Virus record (IMG/VR): IMGVR_UViG_3300025085_000007
Strand: one strand, 5' to 3'
Length of the DNA stretch: 64,000 bases
From: a virus
Shown here: positions 1 through 8,559 of the stretch, in pieces
Layout: each line of letters begins with the position of its first letter
How positions within the stretch are numbered: the first letter of the stretch is position 1
Program-made: the position numbers and the translations under genes
Notes under the pieces: model-generated
The model's input: only the letters and a program-made list of their open reading frames with translations
The model's database searches: none
Told to the model about the DNA's origin: nothing

Positions 1-115
1 CAAACTGTAGTTGAAATGATATATCTGTGTTTATTATTTTTGGTACAACAATCTTTTTAGTTGTTGAATCACCTTTCTTTTCGTAAAATATTACTTGCTG
101 TATATGTACTCCCAT
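1..115 (-). CDS. Hypothetical protein, partial (runs off the left edge)
   Basis: Read by hand: ATG at 115 overlaps the upstream stop (TAATG) and is open to position 1 (MGVHIQQVIFYEKKG...). Not in the ORF track. Confidence 0.5.
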   Translation of the reverse strand, partial: MGVHIQQVIFYEKKGDSTTKKIVVPKIINTDISFQLQF

Positions 116-324
116 TAATTTAAAAATTCATCATCGTCTCTATTGTACTTATAAGCATCTAAAGGATTTATATCTTGTTCATCGTAGACAAATATTAATT
201 CAGGTATTTCTTTACCAGTCAACCAATCGTCGCATTTGTTATATAATCTTTCGACCAATATTTGTTCTGCGTTTTCTTTTTCTGATTCTCTTTTGGTTAG
301 TTCTACCTCAATTAATAGTTTCAT
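115..324 (-). CDS. Small hypothetical protein
   Basis: 69-aa ORF, coupled to both neighbours by overlapping start/stop codons. Confidence 0.6.
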   Translation of the reverse strand: MKLLIEVELTKRESEKENAEQILVERLYNKCDDWLTGKEIPELIFVYDEQDINPLDAYKYNRDDDEFLN

Positions 325-506
325 TACAAATCTTCTTTTAAAATGTTATATATTTTAGGATCTAAATCTTTTATTTCTTTATAAAGTTTTCTAGCCTCTC
401 TTTTAGCTTCATCCATTTTGTATTTAGGTACATCTACTCCTGTAGCTTCATTTATTAAAAGATGTGCTTTATACAATAGTTTACTTGTTTTCTTCTTCAT
501 CAACAC
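324..506 (-). CDS. Small hypothetical protein
   Basis: 60-aa ORF in a tightly packed minus-strand operon. Confidence 0.6.
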   Translation of the reverse strand: MLMKKKTSKLLYKAHLLINEATGVDVPKYKMDEAKREARKLYKEIKDLDPKIYNILKEDL

Positions 507-777
507 TTTTACTGTCTTTAATTGCTATTTTCAAAAGTACGAAATATCCTATTAAATCGTCAACAGTATCTAAAGTATTTTTATCAATACCTCTGTTTTT
601 AATTCTAGCAAGCTTATCGTCTATCCTAGCACACAGGCTTTGTACAGCGTTTCCTTTACTAAAAATGTTTAATGGTTTGGTTGCTGAATCGCCGTAACTT
701 TTATTTTTTGCTACTAAAAACTCTTTTATAGAGTCGCATGTTTTTCTGATTTTGAATGTTGTTTCGTCTACTTTCAT
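481..777 (-). CDS. DUF1599/Nmad1-like (nucleotide-modification-associated, all-alpha NTP pyrophosphatase-like) protein
   Basis: Pattern KNKSYGDS...RIDDKLARI...DTVDDLIGYFVLL matches my recollection of the family. Confidence 0.65.
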   Translation of the reverse strand: MKVDETTFKIRKTCDSIKEFLVAKNKSYGDSATKPLNIFSKGNAVQSLCARIDDKLARIKNRGIDKNTLDTVDDLIGYFVLLKIAIKDSKSVDEEENK

Positions 778-779
778 GA

Positions 780-1031
780 TTAAAATTTAATTGATTCATA
801 GTCAACTTGTATTATTTTATTGTTGACTTTTTCTTTAGTTCTTACTCTGTTAGTTATTACTTCTCTATCCATAGCGGGTAAACTTTCTATGTATCTGTGC
901 AGCCAATAGTAAACATCAGCTGTTTCAAATATAACTTGATCGTATAAGTTTTTTGATTTGTTTCTTTCTTGAACTATTGTAGTAGAAAGCTCTAACAGTT
1001 CTTCTAGTAATTTTGATTTTTCTTCTTTCAT
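780..1031 (-). CDS. MazG-like nucleotide pyrophosphohydrolase
   Basis: EELLEL...ETADV resembles the EExxE/ExxD metal-binding helices; 83 aa. Confidence 0.5.
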   Translation of the reverse strand: MKEEKSKLLEELLELSTTIVQERNKSKNLYDQVIFETADVYYWLHRYIESLPAMDREVITNRVRTKEKVNNKIIQVDYESIKF

Positions 1032-1035
1032 TGTT

Positions 1036-1890
1036 TTAAAATATATATCTAATTTTATTCCACGGTATTATTTGGTCATGTAATTTAGTAAATTCTTTGA
1101 TAAAATGTGATTTTAAATTTACTTTATACCGTAAGTTTTCACCACCATATTGTGAATTTTTAGTTTCTTGTATATCAGGCCTCCATAAATGTGACTCTAC
1201 ATCTACAATTCTTTTTAAATTTTCAATATGCTTATTTTTGTTGTGAGTTAAAAATATAACCTCAGCTTTGACAATTTCTTTGTATTCCACATTATTGTTT
1301 AACATAGTAAACAAGTGCTTGTAGTCTTCTAGCCATCCATCATAAACTATAACAGGGCTAAAGTTTACATGTACATCATAACCAGCCTCAATAAAAGCGT
1401 CAATAGCTTTAATGCGATTAATTATTTTAGATGTATTAGGCTCGTGTATGTCAGCCATATGTTGTGGCATCAAGCTAAATCTTATACGTATTTTACCTTC
1501 AGGATCATACGTAGCAAAATCGGGATTTACATATTTAGTTGCAAAACTACCCATAGCTAATGGATGTTCTTTGAAAAAATCAAATATATATGTCCAATCG
1601 TGATATTTAGCGTGTAATGCAAAGTCCTCGTTACAGCTTATGTCATAAGTTATGAACTCAGGGTGTGTTTGATTAGGCTTGTCTACGTCAGCAAAATAAA
1701 CATGGTTATTTATACTAGTTAATATATCGTTAGGGTTTTGAGCGATACTTAATCCTGTAGGCTTATGACGTTTCATATAACAATAACTACAATCATATAA
1801 GCAGCCGTGACCAAAGCTAGGACTAATGTAGTCAGTAGACCTACCAGAATACCTAATTTTAAAAGTCTTTCTAGTATCCTTAGTAATCAT
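1036..1890 (-). CDS. splB: Spore photoproduct lyase family radical-SAM protein
   Basis: CLYDCSYCY (CxxxCxxC plus Tyr). YDISCNEDF aligns with B. subtilis FEAACTSDI (Cys141). ATKY, IRFSL and EPNTS..NRI..AGY motifs also present. Confidence 0.85.
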   Translation of the reverse strand: MITKDTRKTFKIRYSGRSTDYISPSFGHGCLYDCSYCYMKRHKPTGLSIAQNPNDILTSINNHVYFADVDKPNQTHPEFITYDISCNEDFALHAKYHDWTYIFDFFKEHPLAMGSFATKYVNPDFATYDPEGKIRIRFSLMPQHMADIHEPNTSKIINRIKAIDAFIEAGYDVHVNFSPVIVYDGWLEDYKHLFTMLNNNVEYKEIVKAEVIFLTHNKNKHIENLKRIVDVESHLWRPDIQETKNSQYGGENLRYKVNLKSHFIKEFTKLHDQIIPWNKIRYIF

Positions 1891-2054
1891 TTTTTTAAAT
1901 ATTGGTATATTCTGCTCTCAGATAATTCAAATCTAAATGCAATTTCTTTTACACTAACACCTAGCTTGTATAATAATTTGGCGTAAAAAGCTCTTAATAC
2001 AATATTGATGTTTTTAATTTTAGTGTATTTTTTTGTAATACTGTTGTAATTCAT
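1887..2054 (-). CDS. Small helix-turn-helix DNA-binding protein (55 aa, below the ORF-track cut-off)
   Basis: Translated by hand: MNYNSITKK...LGVSVKEIAFRFELSESRIYQYLKK. ATGA overlaps at both ends fill the gap exactly. Confidence 0.65.
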   Translation of the reverse strand: MNYNSITKKYTKIKNINIVLRAFYAKLLYKLGVSVKEIAFRFELSESRIYQYLKK

Positions 2055-2443
2055 CCTAATTTAGTTTTAAAGTGGTTAATTAATTCGTTCATTTTACGTT
2101 TGTAGAATAAATCAAAATCTACATACTCTGTTATACCTTCTGAGTTTTTGTCTTTAGGTGATGTTTGTTCCCATATTCTGTATAGAACATTACGCAATCT
2201 TTGTGCTGGTGTTTTTGTATCAAACTCCATATCAATACTTGCAGATTCTACTGCATCTATTTGCTTTTGCGTTATAGGTTGTGTTGATAATACTACAAAT
2301 CCAGGTTGTTTTAATACGCTATATAAATCACCTACAGTTTGTGGTGATAGTTCTGGTGTACCTAAAGATACTCTTAGGCTGTTGTCTGCTAAGGTGCGTA
2401 TATTGTCTACGCCTCCCTCAAATACTATTGTTGTTTTACTCAT
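2051..2443 (-). CDS. Conserved-looking phage hypothetical protein
   Basis: 130-aa ORF with KTPAQRLRNVLY..W..Q...FY...M..I.H.K pattern. Confidence 0.75.
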   Translation of the reverse strand: MSKTTIVFEGGVDNIRTLADNSLRVSLGTPELSPQTVGDLYSVLKQPGFVVLSTQPITQKQIDAVESASIDMEFDTKTPAQRLRNVLYRIWEQTSPKDKNSEGITEYVDFDLFYKRKMNELINHFKTKLG

Positions 2444-2444
2444 T

Positions 2445-2687
2445 TTAAATTTCTTTTTTAGCTTCTATTAATAAGTCCATAAATTGATCGTAGATTTCTT
2501 CTACTTCTTTTGAGTTTTCTACCCATTTATTTATGTCCCTTTCGTATTGTCTTGCGACCTTTACTAATCTATTGAATTTTTGTTTTGTAACTTTACTATG
2601 CTTGCCCTTCATGCTGTATAGCATTTCGTGAAAAGCTTTAAATAAGATAATTATAAATATAATATCTACTTGCTCATCTCTTTTCAT
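2445..2687 (-). CDS. Hypothetical protein
   Basis: 80-aa ORF in operon; ATGA overlap with the upstream gene. Confidence 0.6.
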   Translation of the reverse strand: MKRDEQVDIIFIIILFKAFHEMLYSMKGKHSKVTKQKFNRLVKVARQYERDINKWVENSKEVEEIYDQFMDLLIEAKKEI

Positions 2688-2938
2688 ATTAAAGTATTTA
2701 GATAAAGCATTTTTAATAACTGATCCTTAGGATCTCTGGGTATGTGATCAAACCACAGTTTGTTTAATAAAATGTCTGCTTCGTTTTTTGTAGATGGTTT
2801 ATTATTTATTATATCATCAACCATCCATTGTGGGTATGGACAAAGTTCTATAATTTGATCTATTTTGTCTTCTTGCCACCATTCTATAGGTTGTTCTATA
2901 GGTTCTTTGTTGTCTGAAAAAATGTCGTCTAGCTCCAT
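2684..2938 (-). CDS. Hypothetical protein
   Basis: 84-aa ORF preceded by a structured leader. Confidence 0.6.
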   Translation of the reverse strand: MELDDIFSDNKEPIEQPIEWWQEDKIDQIIELCPYPQWMVDDIINNKPSTKNEADILLNKLWFDHIPRDPKDQLLKMLYLNTLI

Positions 2939-3036
2939 AATAGTATACGCCCAAGGCCTGCTTTAACAAGCCCTGGGAACAACCAATCAAAAAAACAATG
3001 AAATCTGAACATGGAAAGTTCAGTCAGAAAGATGTA

Positions 3037-3044
3037 CAAAGATA
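3037..3044 (-). promoter_or_regulatory. Bacteroidota sigma-A -7 promoter box (TATCTTTG)
   Basis: Matches TAnnTTTG, directly after the stop of the upstream gene at the head of a 106-nt intergenic gap. Confidence 0.55.
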
Positions 3045-3359
3045 CTAATTAATGTCTGTATCTTCTACAACCTCTAAATTATTTTCTTGTTTAGCATCTT
3101 GTTCTTTAAAATGCTCTATCATTTCTTTGATTTCTGGTATACTTTCGTTAATAAAACTAGCTATTTCGTGATCAATAGACTTATCACTATTCTCATCATA
3201 ACTTTTGTACATCCATAATGCTAGTACGTGATTATAATAATGTATAGACTTTCTTTGATCCTCTAGTAGTCTTTTAACCAATAATGGTATTGTAATTTTT
3301 ACTCCGTCAATAGTTACTTCTACTGTTCCTTCATCTGTTTTTTTCTTGTTTTTTGCCAT
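3045..3359 (-). CDS. Hypothetical protein
   Basis: 104-aa ORF in operon. Confidence 0.65.
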   Translation of the reverse strand: MAKNKKKTDEGTVEVTIDGVKITIPLLVKRLLEDQRKSIHYYNHVLALWMYKSYDENSDKSIDHEIASFINESIPEIKEMIEHFKEQDAKQENNLEVVEDTDIN

Positions 3360-3360
3360 A

Positions 3361-3813
3361 TTAATGTGTTTTAATTTGAGATTTTAAAATTAAGTAATTT
3401 CTTTTTAAAGTTTTGTGTTCTTCAACAATATTTTTTAATTTTTTAGTTTTATCAATTAATTTCTTTCTAAGCGTTTTATTAGAATACATAAATGTATTTA
3501 CTAATTCTAGAGAATCGTTACTTTTTGGATTATTATCTATCATATTATAAATACTTATACCTGCGTAATAAAGCTTTTCTATTTCAGGTATATAAGATAA
3601 AGTATCGTAATTTTTATTATGATGTATAACACTTGCGTGATCTCTGTTTATAGCTTTACCAATCTCAGAATATGTATATGGACCGTTCTTTCTAAGTACA
3701 GTACATATTATCATTCTGTGATCAACTAAGTCTCTAGTCCTTTTGCTAGACATAAACAAATCTTTATCCATATTATAATGGTCTAGATAAGTATCAATAA
3801 ATTCTTTTATCAT
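3361..3813 (-). CDS. DnaA C-terminal (domain IV)-like HTH protein with coiled-coil tail
   Basis: SSKRTRDLVDHRMII...YTYSEIGKAINRDHASVIH resembles the DnaA domain IV signature (R..I...RQ.....S...IG..F.RDH.TV.H). Confidence 0.7.
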   Translation of the reverse strand: MIKEFIDTYLDHYNMDKDLFMSSKRTRDLVDHRMIICTVLRKNGPYTYSEIGKAINRDHASVIHHNKNYDTLSYIPEIEKLYYAGISIYNMIDNNPKSNDSLELVNTFMYSNKTLRKKLIDKTKKLKNIVEEHKTLKRNYLILKSQIKTH

Positions 3814-4172
3814 ATAATTTTTATTATAACACCAGGGTTTTCTTTGTCATAACTGTATTGCTCAAAATGCGGTATAATAAACTCTGCGTTATCGTCTTCT
3901 ATCCAATGATTTTTAACCATTAAATCTTGTACGGTTTGTGCTGGATTTATATAATCAAACTTATGTCGACTACCTCTTATAAACGTAAATGATACAGTTA
4001 CAGGAAATTTCTTGTTTTCTATCATTTTTTTAAACTTAGGTTTATTTATAAGATAGTCTGCTTGTGTTTTCTTTATATAATTCATAACAGTTTTTGAATT
4101 GATTAGCATTTTACCTGTCCATCTTTTTGAGTTTTTAGATGAAGGTACATTACCTGGTATGAATATTTCCAT
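3810..4172 (-). CDS. rusA: RusA-like Holliday junction resolvase
   Basis: IPGNVPSSKNS N-terminus; acidic FDYIN...VQDLM...IEDDN motif; YDKENPGVII C-terminus. Confidence 0.7.
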   Translation of the reverse strand: MEIFIPGNVPSSKNSKRWTGKMLINSKTVMNYIKKTQADYLINKPKFKKMIENKKFPVTVSFTFIRGSRHKFDYINPAQTVQDLMVKNHWIEDDNAEFIIPHFEQYSYDKENPGVIIKII

Positions 4173-4205
4173 ATATTTAGGGATGTTGAGTCCCCAAATA
4201 TACGG
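4169..4205 (-). promoter_or_regulatory. 15-bp hairpin occluding the rusA start codon, with an embedded -7 promoter box (TATATTTG, 4195-4202)
   Basis: Minus strand CCGTATATTTGGGGA-CTCAACA-TCCCTAAATATATGG: 13 Watson-Crick pairs and 2 G-U pairs, including the whole ATG. Confidence 0.65.
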
Positions 4206-4212
4206 TTTTTAA

Positions 4213-4794
4213 TTAAAACGGTAAGTTGTCGTCGTCTTCTACAGTTGTTTTTGTTTCAGACCACAATTTATGCAACTCATTGTATTGCATAGTTTGCTCA
4301 GGACTTAACGTTCTGTTGTATTTAGCATCATACTTTATAGTTTCTCCTACTTTTTTAGAGAATTTATATTGTAGTGATGTTCTTACAACAGGCTCGTTAG
4401 TTTCTCTATCTGTACCAATGTACTCTTGTGTAGTAAAACAAACTTGCAGCCTTTTACCAATTACTTGATCTAACGCATCAGACATATTTGTAAAGTCTTT
4501 TACACCACAGTTAATCATAAACTCTTTTAGTAGTTTACGTTTAAAATCTGCAGTTTTTGGTGCGTCAGTTTCTTTTGGTGTCCAAAATCTAGCTTTAGTT
4601 TTTTTACCATCTGATGTGTACAAAATAAAGTCTAAAAATGGTGACCCTGTATAGCCTTCCATTTCTTTTTCAGAGAGTTGTCCATTTACTGTACATGTGT
4701 ACGATCCAGGAGTTCTTAAGTAATCTACTTTTTTGTACTCTTTTTTTTCTGTTTTTTGTGAGGTGCTTACCTCGTTTAAATTCCAATTTGACAT
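4213..4794 (-). CDS. Putative single-stranded DNA-binding protein (DUF669/OB-fold-like)
   Basis: Acidic C-terminal tail ending EDDDNLPF; located between the annealase and the resolvase. Confidence 0.65.
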   Translation of the reverse strand: MSNWNLNEVSTSQKTEKKEYKKVDYLRTPGSYTCTVNGQLSEKEMEGYTGSPFLDFILYTSDGKKTKARFWTPKETDAPKTADFKRKLLKEFMINCGVKDFTNMSDALDQVIGKRLQVCFTTQEYIGTDRETNEPVVRTSLQYKFSKKVGETIKYDAKYNRTLSPEQTMQYNELHKLWSETKTTVEDDDNLPF

Positions 4795-4795
4795 A

Positions 4796-5017
4796 TTAAT
4801 TTTTGTTTAAAGTGTTTTTGATTTTATTGTTATGTAATGTGATCATCATCCATATTTGACTATAAATAACGTCATCTTTATCAGAGTTTTGATTTATATC
4901 TAATTTATGTCTTAGATAGTCCATAATCTCGTTTGTTAACTCGTCGGTATAATTTTGATTAGTGTAGGCATATGTAGCTTCTAAAGCCGCTATGTCTAAT
5001 AGTGTTTTACTTTCCAT
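4796..5017 (-). CDS. Hypothetical protein
   Basis: 73-aa ORF in operon. Confidence 0.6.
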   Translation of the reverse strand: MESKTLLDIAALEATYAYTNQNYTDELTNEIMDYLRHKLDINQNSDKDDVIYSQIWMMITLHNNKIKNTLNKN

Positions 5018-5489
5018 TTTTTACTTTCCAATTTATATATTTAGTTAGTGTGTCACCATCAAAAATAATTTTATCTTTTTCAGGTGCATAAGGATATTCT
5101 TTACCCTTATAATCTTTGGTTTGTAATGTTTGTATGTCCAGTCTGTATAAGAATCTACCTATACCCCAGGATACACAAGCACGTTTAAATGCATCAGATG
5201 CATGTCCTTTGTCTTTTTCTACATTGGATTCAGAGCCTGTGTCTGATTTCCATACCCAATGTCCATTGACAAGTATACCTACTCTACACATTAAAAGTCC
5301 GTTAGCGTCGTAGTATTCTGTAGACCAATTGCCTGGCCCTACTACATCATCCAACAAATCTTGTGCGTCACGTGCATCTATATATGCTACGCAGTTCGCT
5401 TTACCATATCTAGAAGATTGTACTCTCCATTTGTACGGCAGTTCTTTTTGCAAATCTTTTAAATTAATTGCTTCTTGTTTCATAATCAT
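5007..5489 (-). CDS. Sak/Rad52-family single-strand annealing protein
   Basis: AYIDARDAQDLLDDVVGPGNW...KGHASDAFKRACVSWGIGRFLY is the characteristic Rad52/Rad22-family signature. Confidence 0.85.
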   Translation of the reverse strand: MIMKQEAINLKDLQKELPYKWRVQSSRYGKANCVAYIDARDAQDLLDDVVGPGNWSTEYYDANGLLMCRVGILVNGHWVWKSDTGSESNVEKDKGHASDAFKRACVSWGIGRFLYRLDIQTLQTKDYKGKEYPYAPEKDKIIFDGDTLTKYINWKVKNGK

Positions 5490-5694
5490 TATAATTTTTT
5501 TGGGTTGATTTTGTCTGTCGTGATGCTTTTACAATTTTTATATATTTACGTATCATCACAGGTGTGTTTTGTATTAAACTTGCACCTATTTTTACAAACA
5601 AACTTTTTATTACATTTTGTACTACAGACTTTTTTATGCCTGTGTCATATGCAATTTCTTCATATATTTTATCTAATTTTGACTTGTTTTTCAT
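5464..5694 (-). CDS. HU/IHF-like DNA-binding protein
   Basis: IYEEIAYDTGIKKSVVQNVIKSLF...L....V.I helix-helix-strand pattern; basic. Confidence 0.55.
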   Translation of the reverse strand: MKNKSKLDKIYEEIAYDTGIKKSVVQNVIKSLFVKIGASLIQNTPVMIRKYIKIVKASRQTKSTQKNYNDYETRSN

Positions 5695-5724
5695 TGTAAA
5701 ATAGTATTTAAAAATACGAAATTT

Positions 5725-5865
5725 TTACCAATTTAACAAAATTTTTGCAGTTTTATATACTACATATCCTACTAGACACATACCTAAAATAGGAAATAAA
5801 AATACCAAGGTTGTTGTTGTTATTACGCCTATAACGCAATACAATAAAATGCTAAATATTTTCAT
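5725..5865 (-). CDS. Small membrane protein (46 aa, below the track cut-off)
   Basis: Translated by hand: MKIFSILLYCVIGVITTTTLVFLFPILGMCLVGYVVYKTAKILLNW; fills the gap after dnaB. Confidence 0.5.
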   Translation of the reverse strand: MKIFSILLYCVIGVITTTTLVFLFPILGMCLVGYVVYKTAKILLNW

Positions 5866-7135
5866 AATCTTCAAATTTAGTTTGTTCAGCTACAAATCTT
5901 AGATTTATTTCTCCTACACCAATGTTACGTCCTTTAGCAAATATTACTTTTGCAAGTCCTTTTGTTGGGTTACCTGTCTCATCTTCGTGCAAACCATAAT
6001 ATTCAGGCCTGTATATTAAAGCTACAATATCTGCAGCTTGTTCTATCTCGCCTGACTCACGTAGATCTGACATTGTAGGTTTAGAATCTGCTCTAAAGCT
6101 TACGCCACGATTAAGTTGTGACAATGCTATAATAGCTATATCTAATTCTTTAGCTAGATTTTTTAATGCACGTGCTACTGCACTAACCTCTTGCTCACGA
6201 CTTGACCTTTTGCAGGTAACTAATTGTAAGTAATCTACAAGTACAAGTTTGATTTTGTTAGTGTGCACGTACTGTTTTATTTTTGATAATAAATAGCTTA
6301 AATCTGTATTATTACAGTCATCTATTATTAACGGTAAATTTTCTATGTAACCGACAGCTTTATTAACTTTTTTAATTTCTTGTTCATCTAATGCGCCTTT
6401 TCTAAGCCAATGACTACTTACGCCAGACTGAATGCTAACCATTCTTTGTAGTAGTTGTATAGATGACATTTCGTAACTAAATATTGCAATAGGATTTTTA
6501 GCTCTAGCTGCATTAAATGCAGTTGTTACAGCAAAACTCGTTTTACCCATAGATGACGCACCACCGACTATAATTAAGTCAGTGGGTTGCCATCCATTCG
6601 TAAAATCATCAAGAGATTTAAAGCCTGTGGTAATTCCTGTTATACCTTCTGTATTAATTTTAACAGCAAGGTCTTCAGTAAATTCTACCAATTGTTTTAT
6701 AAGAGTTTTATCTTTATCCTCGTGGTTATCAACTAACCTGTTTTGTAAATCATTAATCTTGTCGCTAATAACAGCTATGTCAGATTGATTTTGTACATGG
6801 TTATTGATTTCTTGTAAATATTCATTTACTATTTTTCTTTTAGACGATTCAACCAAACTTTGTAATGCTGAGTCAAACTCTCTTGGCATAAGTGTAGATG
6901 TACTAGTCAATTGTACAACTTTTACTGATAATTTACTTTTAGTACCTAATTCTTTGCCTATGTTTACAATGTCTGGTTCTTTGCCTTTTTTTATAATTTT
7001 TGTAAACGCTTTGTATATCAATATATTGCTTGGATCATCAAACATGTGTATATTGAACAACTGTGCGTTTTGGTGATACAATTTAGTGTCTACTATTATA
7101 TTACCTAATATTATGTTTTCTAGCTCATAATACAT
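5852..7135 (-). CDS. dnaB: Replicative DNA helicase DnaB
   Basis: GITTGF, Walker A GGASSMGKT, FSYEM, VDYLQL, ALSQLNR, DLRESGEIEQAADIV, KGRN. Confidence 0.97.
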   Translation of the reverse strand: MYYELENIILGNIIVDTKLYHQNAQLFNIHMFDDPSNILIYKAFTKIIKKGKEPDIVNIGKELGTKSKLSVKVVQLTSTSTLMPREFDSALQSLVESSKRKIVNEYLQEINNHVQNQSDIAVISDKINDLQNRLVDNHEDKDKTLIKQLVEFTEDLAVKINTEGITGITTGFKSLDDFTNGWQPTDLIIVGGASSMGKTSFAVTTAFNAARAKNPIAIFSYEMSSIQLLQRMVSIQSGVSSHWLRKGALDEQEIKKVNKAVGYIENLPLIIDDCNNTDLSYLLSKIKQYVHTNKIKLVLVDYLQLVTCKRSSREQEVSAVARALKNLAKELDIAIIALSQLNRGVSFRADSKPTMSDLRESGEIEQAADIVALIYRPEYYGLHEDETGNPTKGLAKVIFAKGRNIGVGEINLRFVAEQTKFEDYENI

Positions 7136-7140
7136 AAATT

Positions 7141-8547
7141 TTATATTTTTTGATTGTGAATACTATTTAATTCATTCATTTTTACTTCGTAGGTTTCTTC
7201 ATTTAATCCATATACATGTCCTACAGAGCCGTGTGTATTTTGACATACTTTGTTGCCGCCTAGATTTTTATGAGTTGTTAGATAACCCTTGTCAAAATCT
7301 GCATATTTAAACGTATCTAGCCAAGGAACATATGGTACACTCATATCTTCTCTGTTTTCAAGATTTTTTGGATCAAATTTTACATAACATGCGCCTATAC
7401 CGCCTTTACCGTTAGGTTGTATTAATGCATTGTTTCTGTAAGAGTTTAGTTTTTTGCGAATATAACCATTTTCTTTAGCATATACATGGAAAAATATTTC
7501 TAAAGCATTGTATTCTGTATACACACGATCCATAACTACAAAATGTGTTTTACGCCTTCTGTTATAACATTTATTCCATAACAAAGCCCTGCCTATTATT
7601 AAATCGTCATTGTTATATAACACTAAACATTGTACTACATCTTTACCTAATGATTTGTAAAAATCTAATAACCTTTGATTTTCTTCGTGACGCATACACG
7701 ATTGACCTAAAGTGCCATTACCATTTGATTCATTATAGTTATCACTATCGTAAGCATGATGTATGTCACTTGTAATTTCAAAATAACCTATTTTGTCTAG
7801 ATTATGTATTAGAAACAAAGACTCAAATTCTTCTAGTTGCCTGGCTGTATAGGTGCCATAATGAAATAATTTGTTAAATACTCTACCAAAAGTAGACATT
7901 ATAGCTTTTTTCTTACGAAGCTCAGGATTTCTTAAATTTTCTGTAAGGGTTAAATTTCTATCAAAATATGTGGTGTAACCATCATCATCGCTTTTTAATA
8001 GGTTTTTAATCTTTCTTATAGTCCAATACGAAATTTTACTTTTATCATCTATTGCAATATCAATCATTACAGGCCAATCTTTTTCGTTTCTGTCTAAATT
8101 GTCCATTATACCTTTTTCAAAATCATTTAACATAACGTGTACGTTATTGTGTGGTATAGATTTAATTTTGTCTTTTAGATTTTGAGATAATTTAAATAGA
8201 TTTTTGAAATTATATATTTCGTATAGACCATATGGAACTTCAATTTCTTCAACTTTATCAAACATTTCTTCTGGTATTATACAAGACGATCTATTTGTAT
8301 GTATAAAATAAAGATGTTTTGTTGTGTAATTTACAGGTAGCAATATAAATCCATCTATAGTATATTCTATGATGTAGAATAAATTTTCAGATGAATAATA
8401 CAATTCTTGCATTGTTCTCACATGTGACAACTTGGAAAAATGTATATTAGGATTATATGTTGCTTCGTGCAATTTTTGCACATCAATATACTTATTAGAT
8501 GTGTCTTCTTGTATATACTCGTCTTTTATTTTAACTATTTGTATCAT
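7141..8547 (-). CDS. Uncharacterised enzyme-like protein (SCM...GRALLW...MDRVY family)
   Basis: 468-aa ORF with enzyme-like motifs GQSCMR, IIGRALLW, VMDRVY, PWLDTF; function unknown. Confidence 0.75.
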   Translation of the reverse strand: MIQIVKIKDEYIQEDTSNKYIDVQKLHEATYNPNIHFSKLSHVRTMQELYYSSENLFYIIEYTIDGFILLPVNYTTKHLYFIHTNRSSCIIPEEMFDKVEEIEVPYGLYEIYNFKNLFKLSQNLKDKIKSIPHNNVHVMLNDFEKGIMDNLDRNEKDWPVMIDIAIDDKSKISYWTIRKIKNLLKSDDDGYTTYFDRNLTLTENLRNPELRKKKAIMSTFGRVFNKLFHYGTYTARQLEEFESLFLIHNLDKIGYFEITSDIHHAYDSDNYNESNGNGTLGQSCMRHEENQRLLDFYKSLGKDVVQCLVLYNNDDLIIGRALLWNKCYNRRRKTHFVVMDRVYTEYNALEIFFHVYAKENGYIRKKLNSYRNNALIQPNGKGGIGACYVKFDPKNLENREDMSVPYVPWLDTFKYADFDKGYLTTHKNLGGNKVCQNTHGSVGHVYGLNEETYEVKMNELNSIHNQKI

Positions 8548-8559
8548 GTTGTTTAATTA

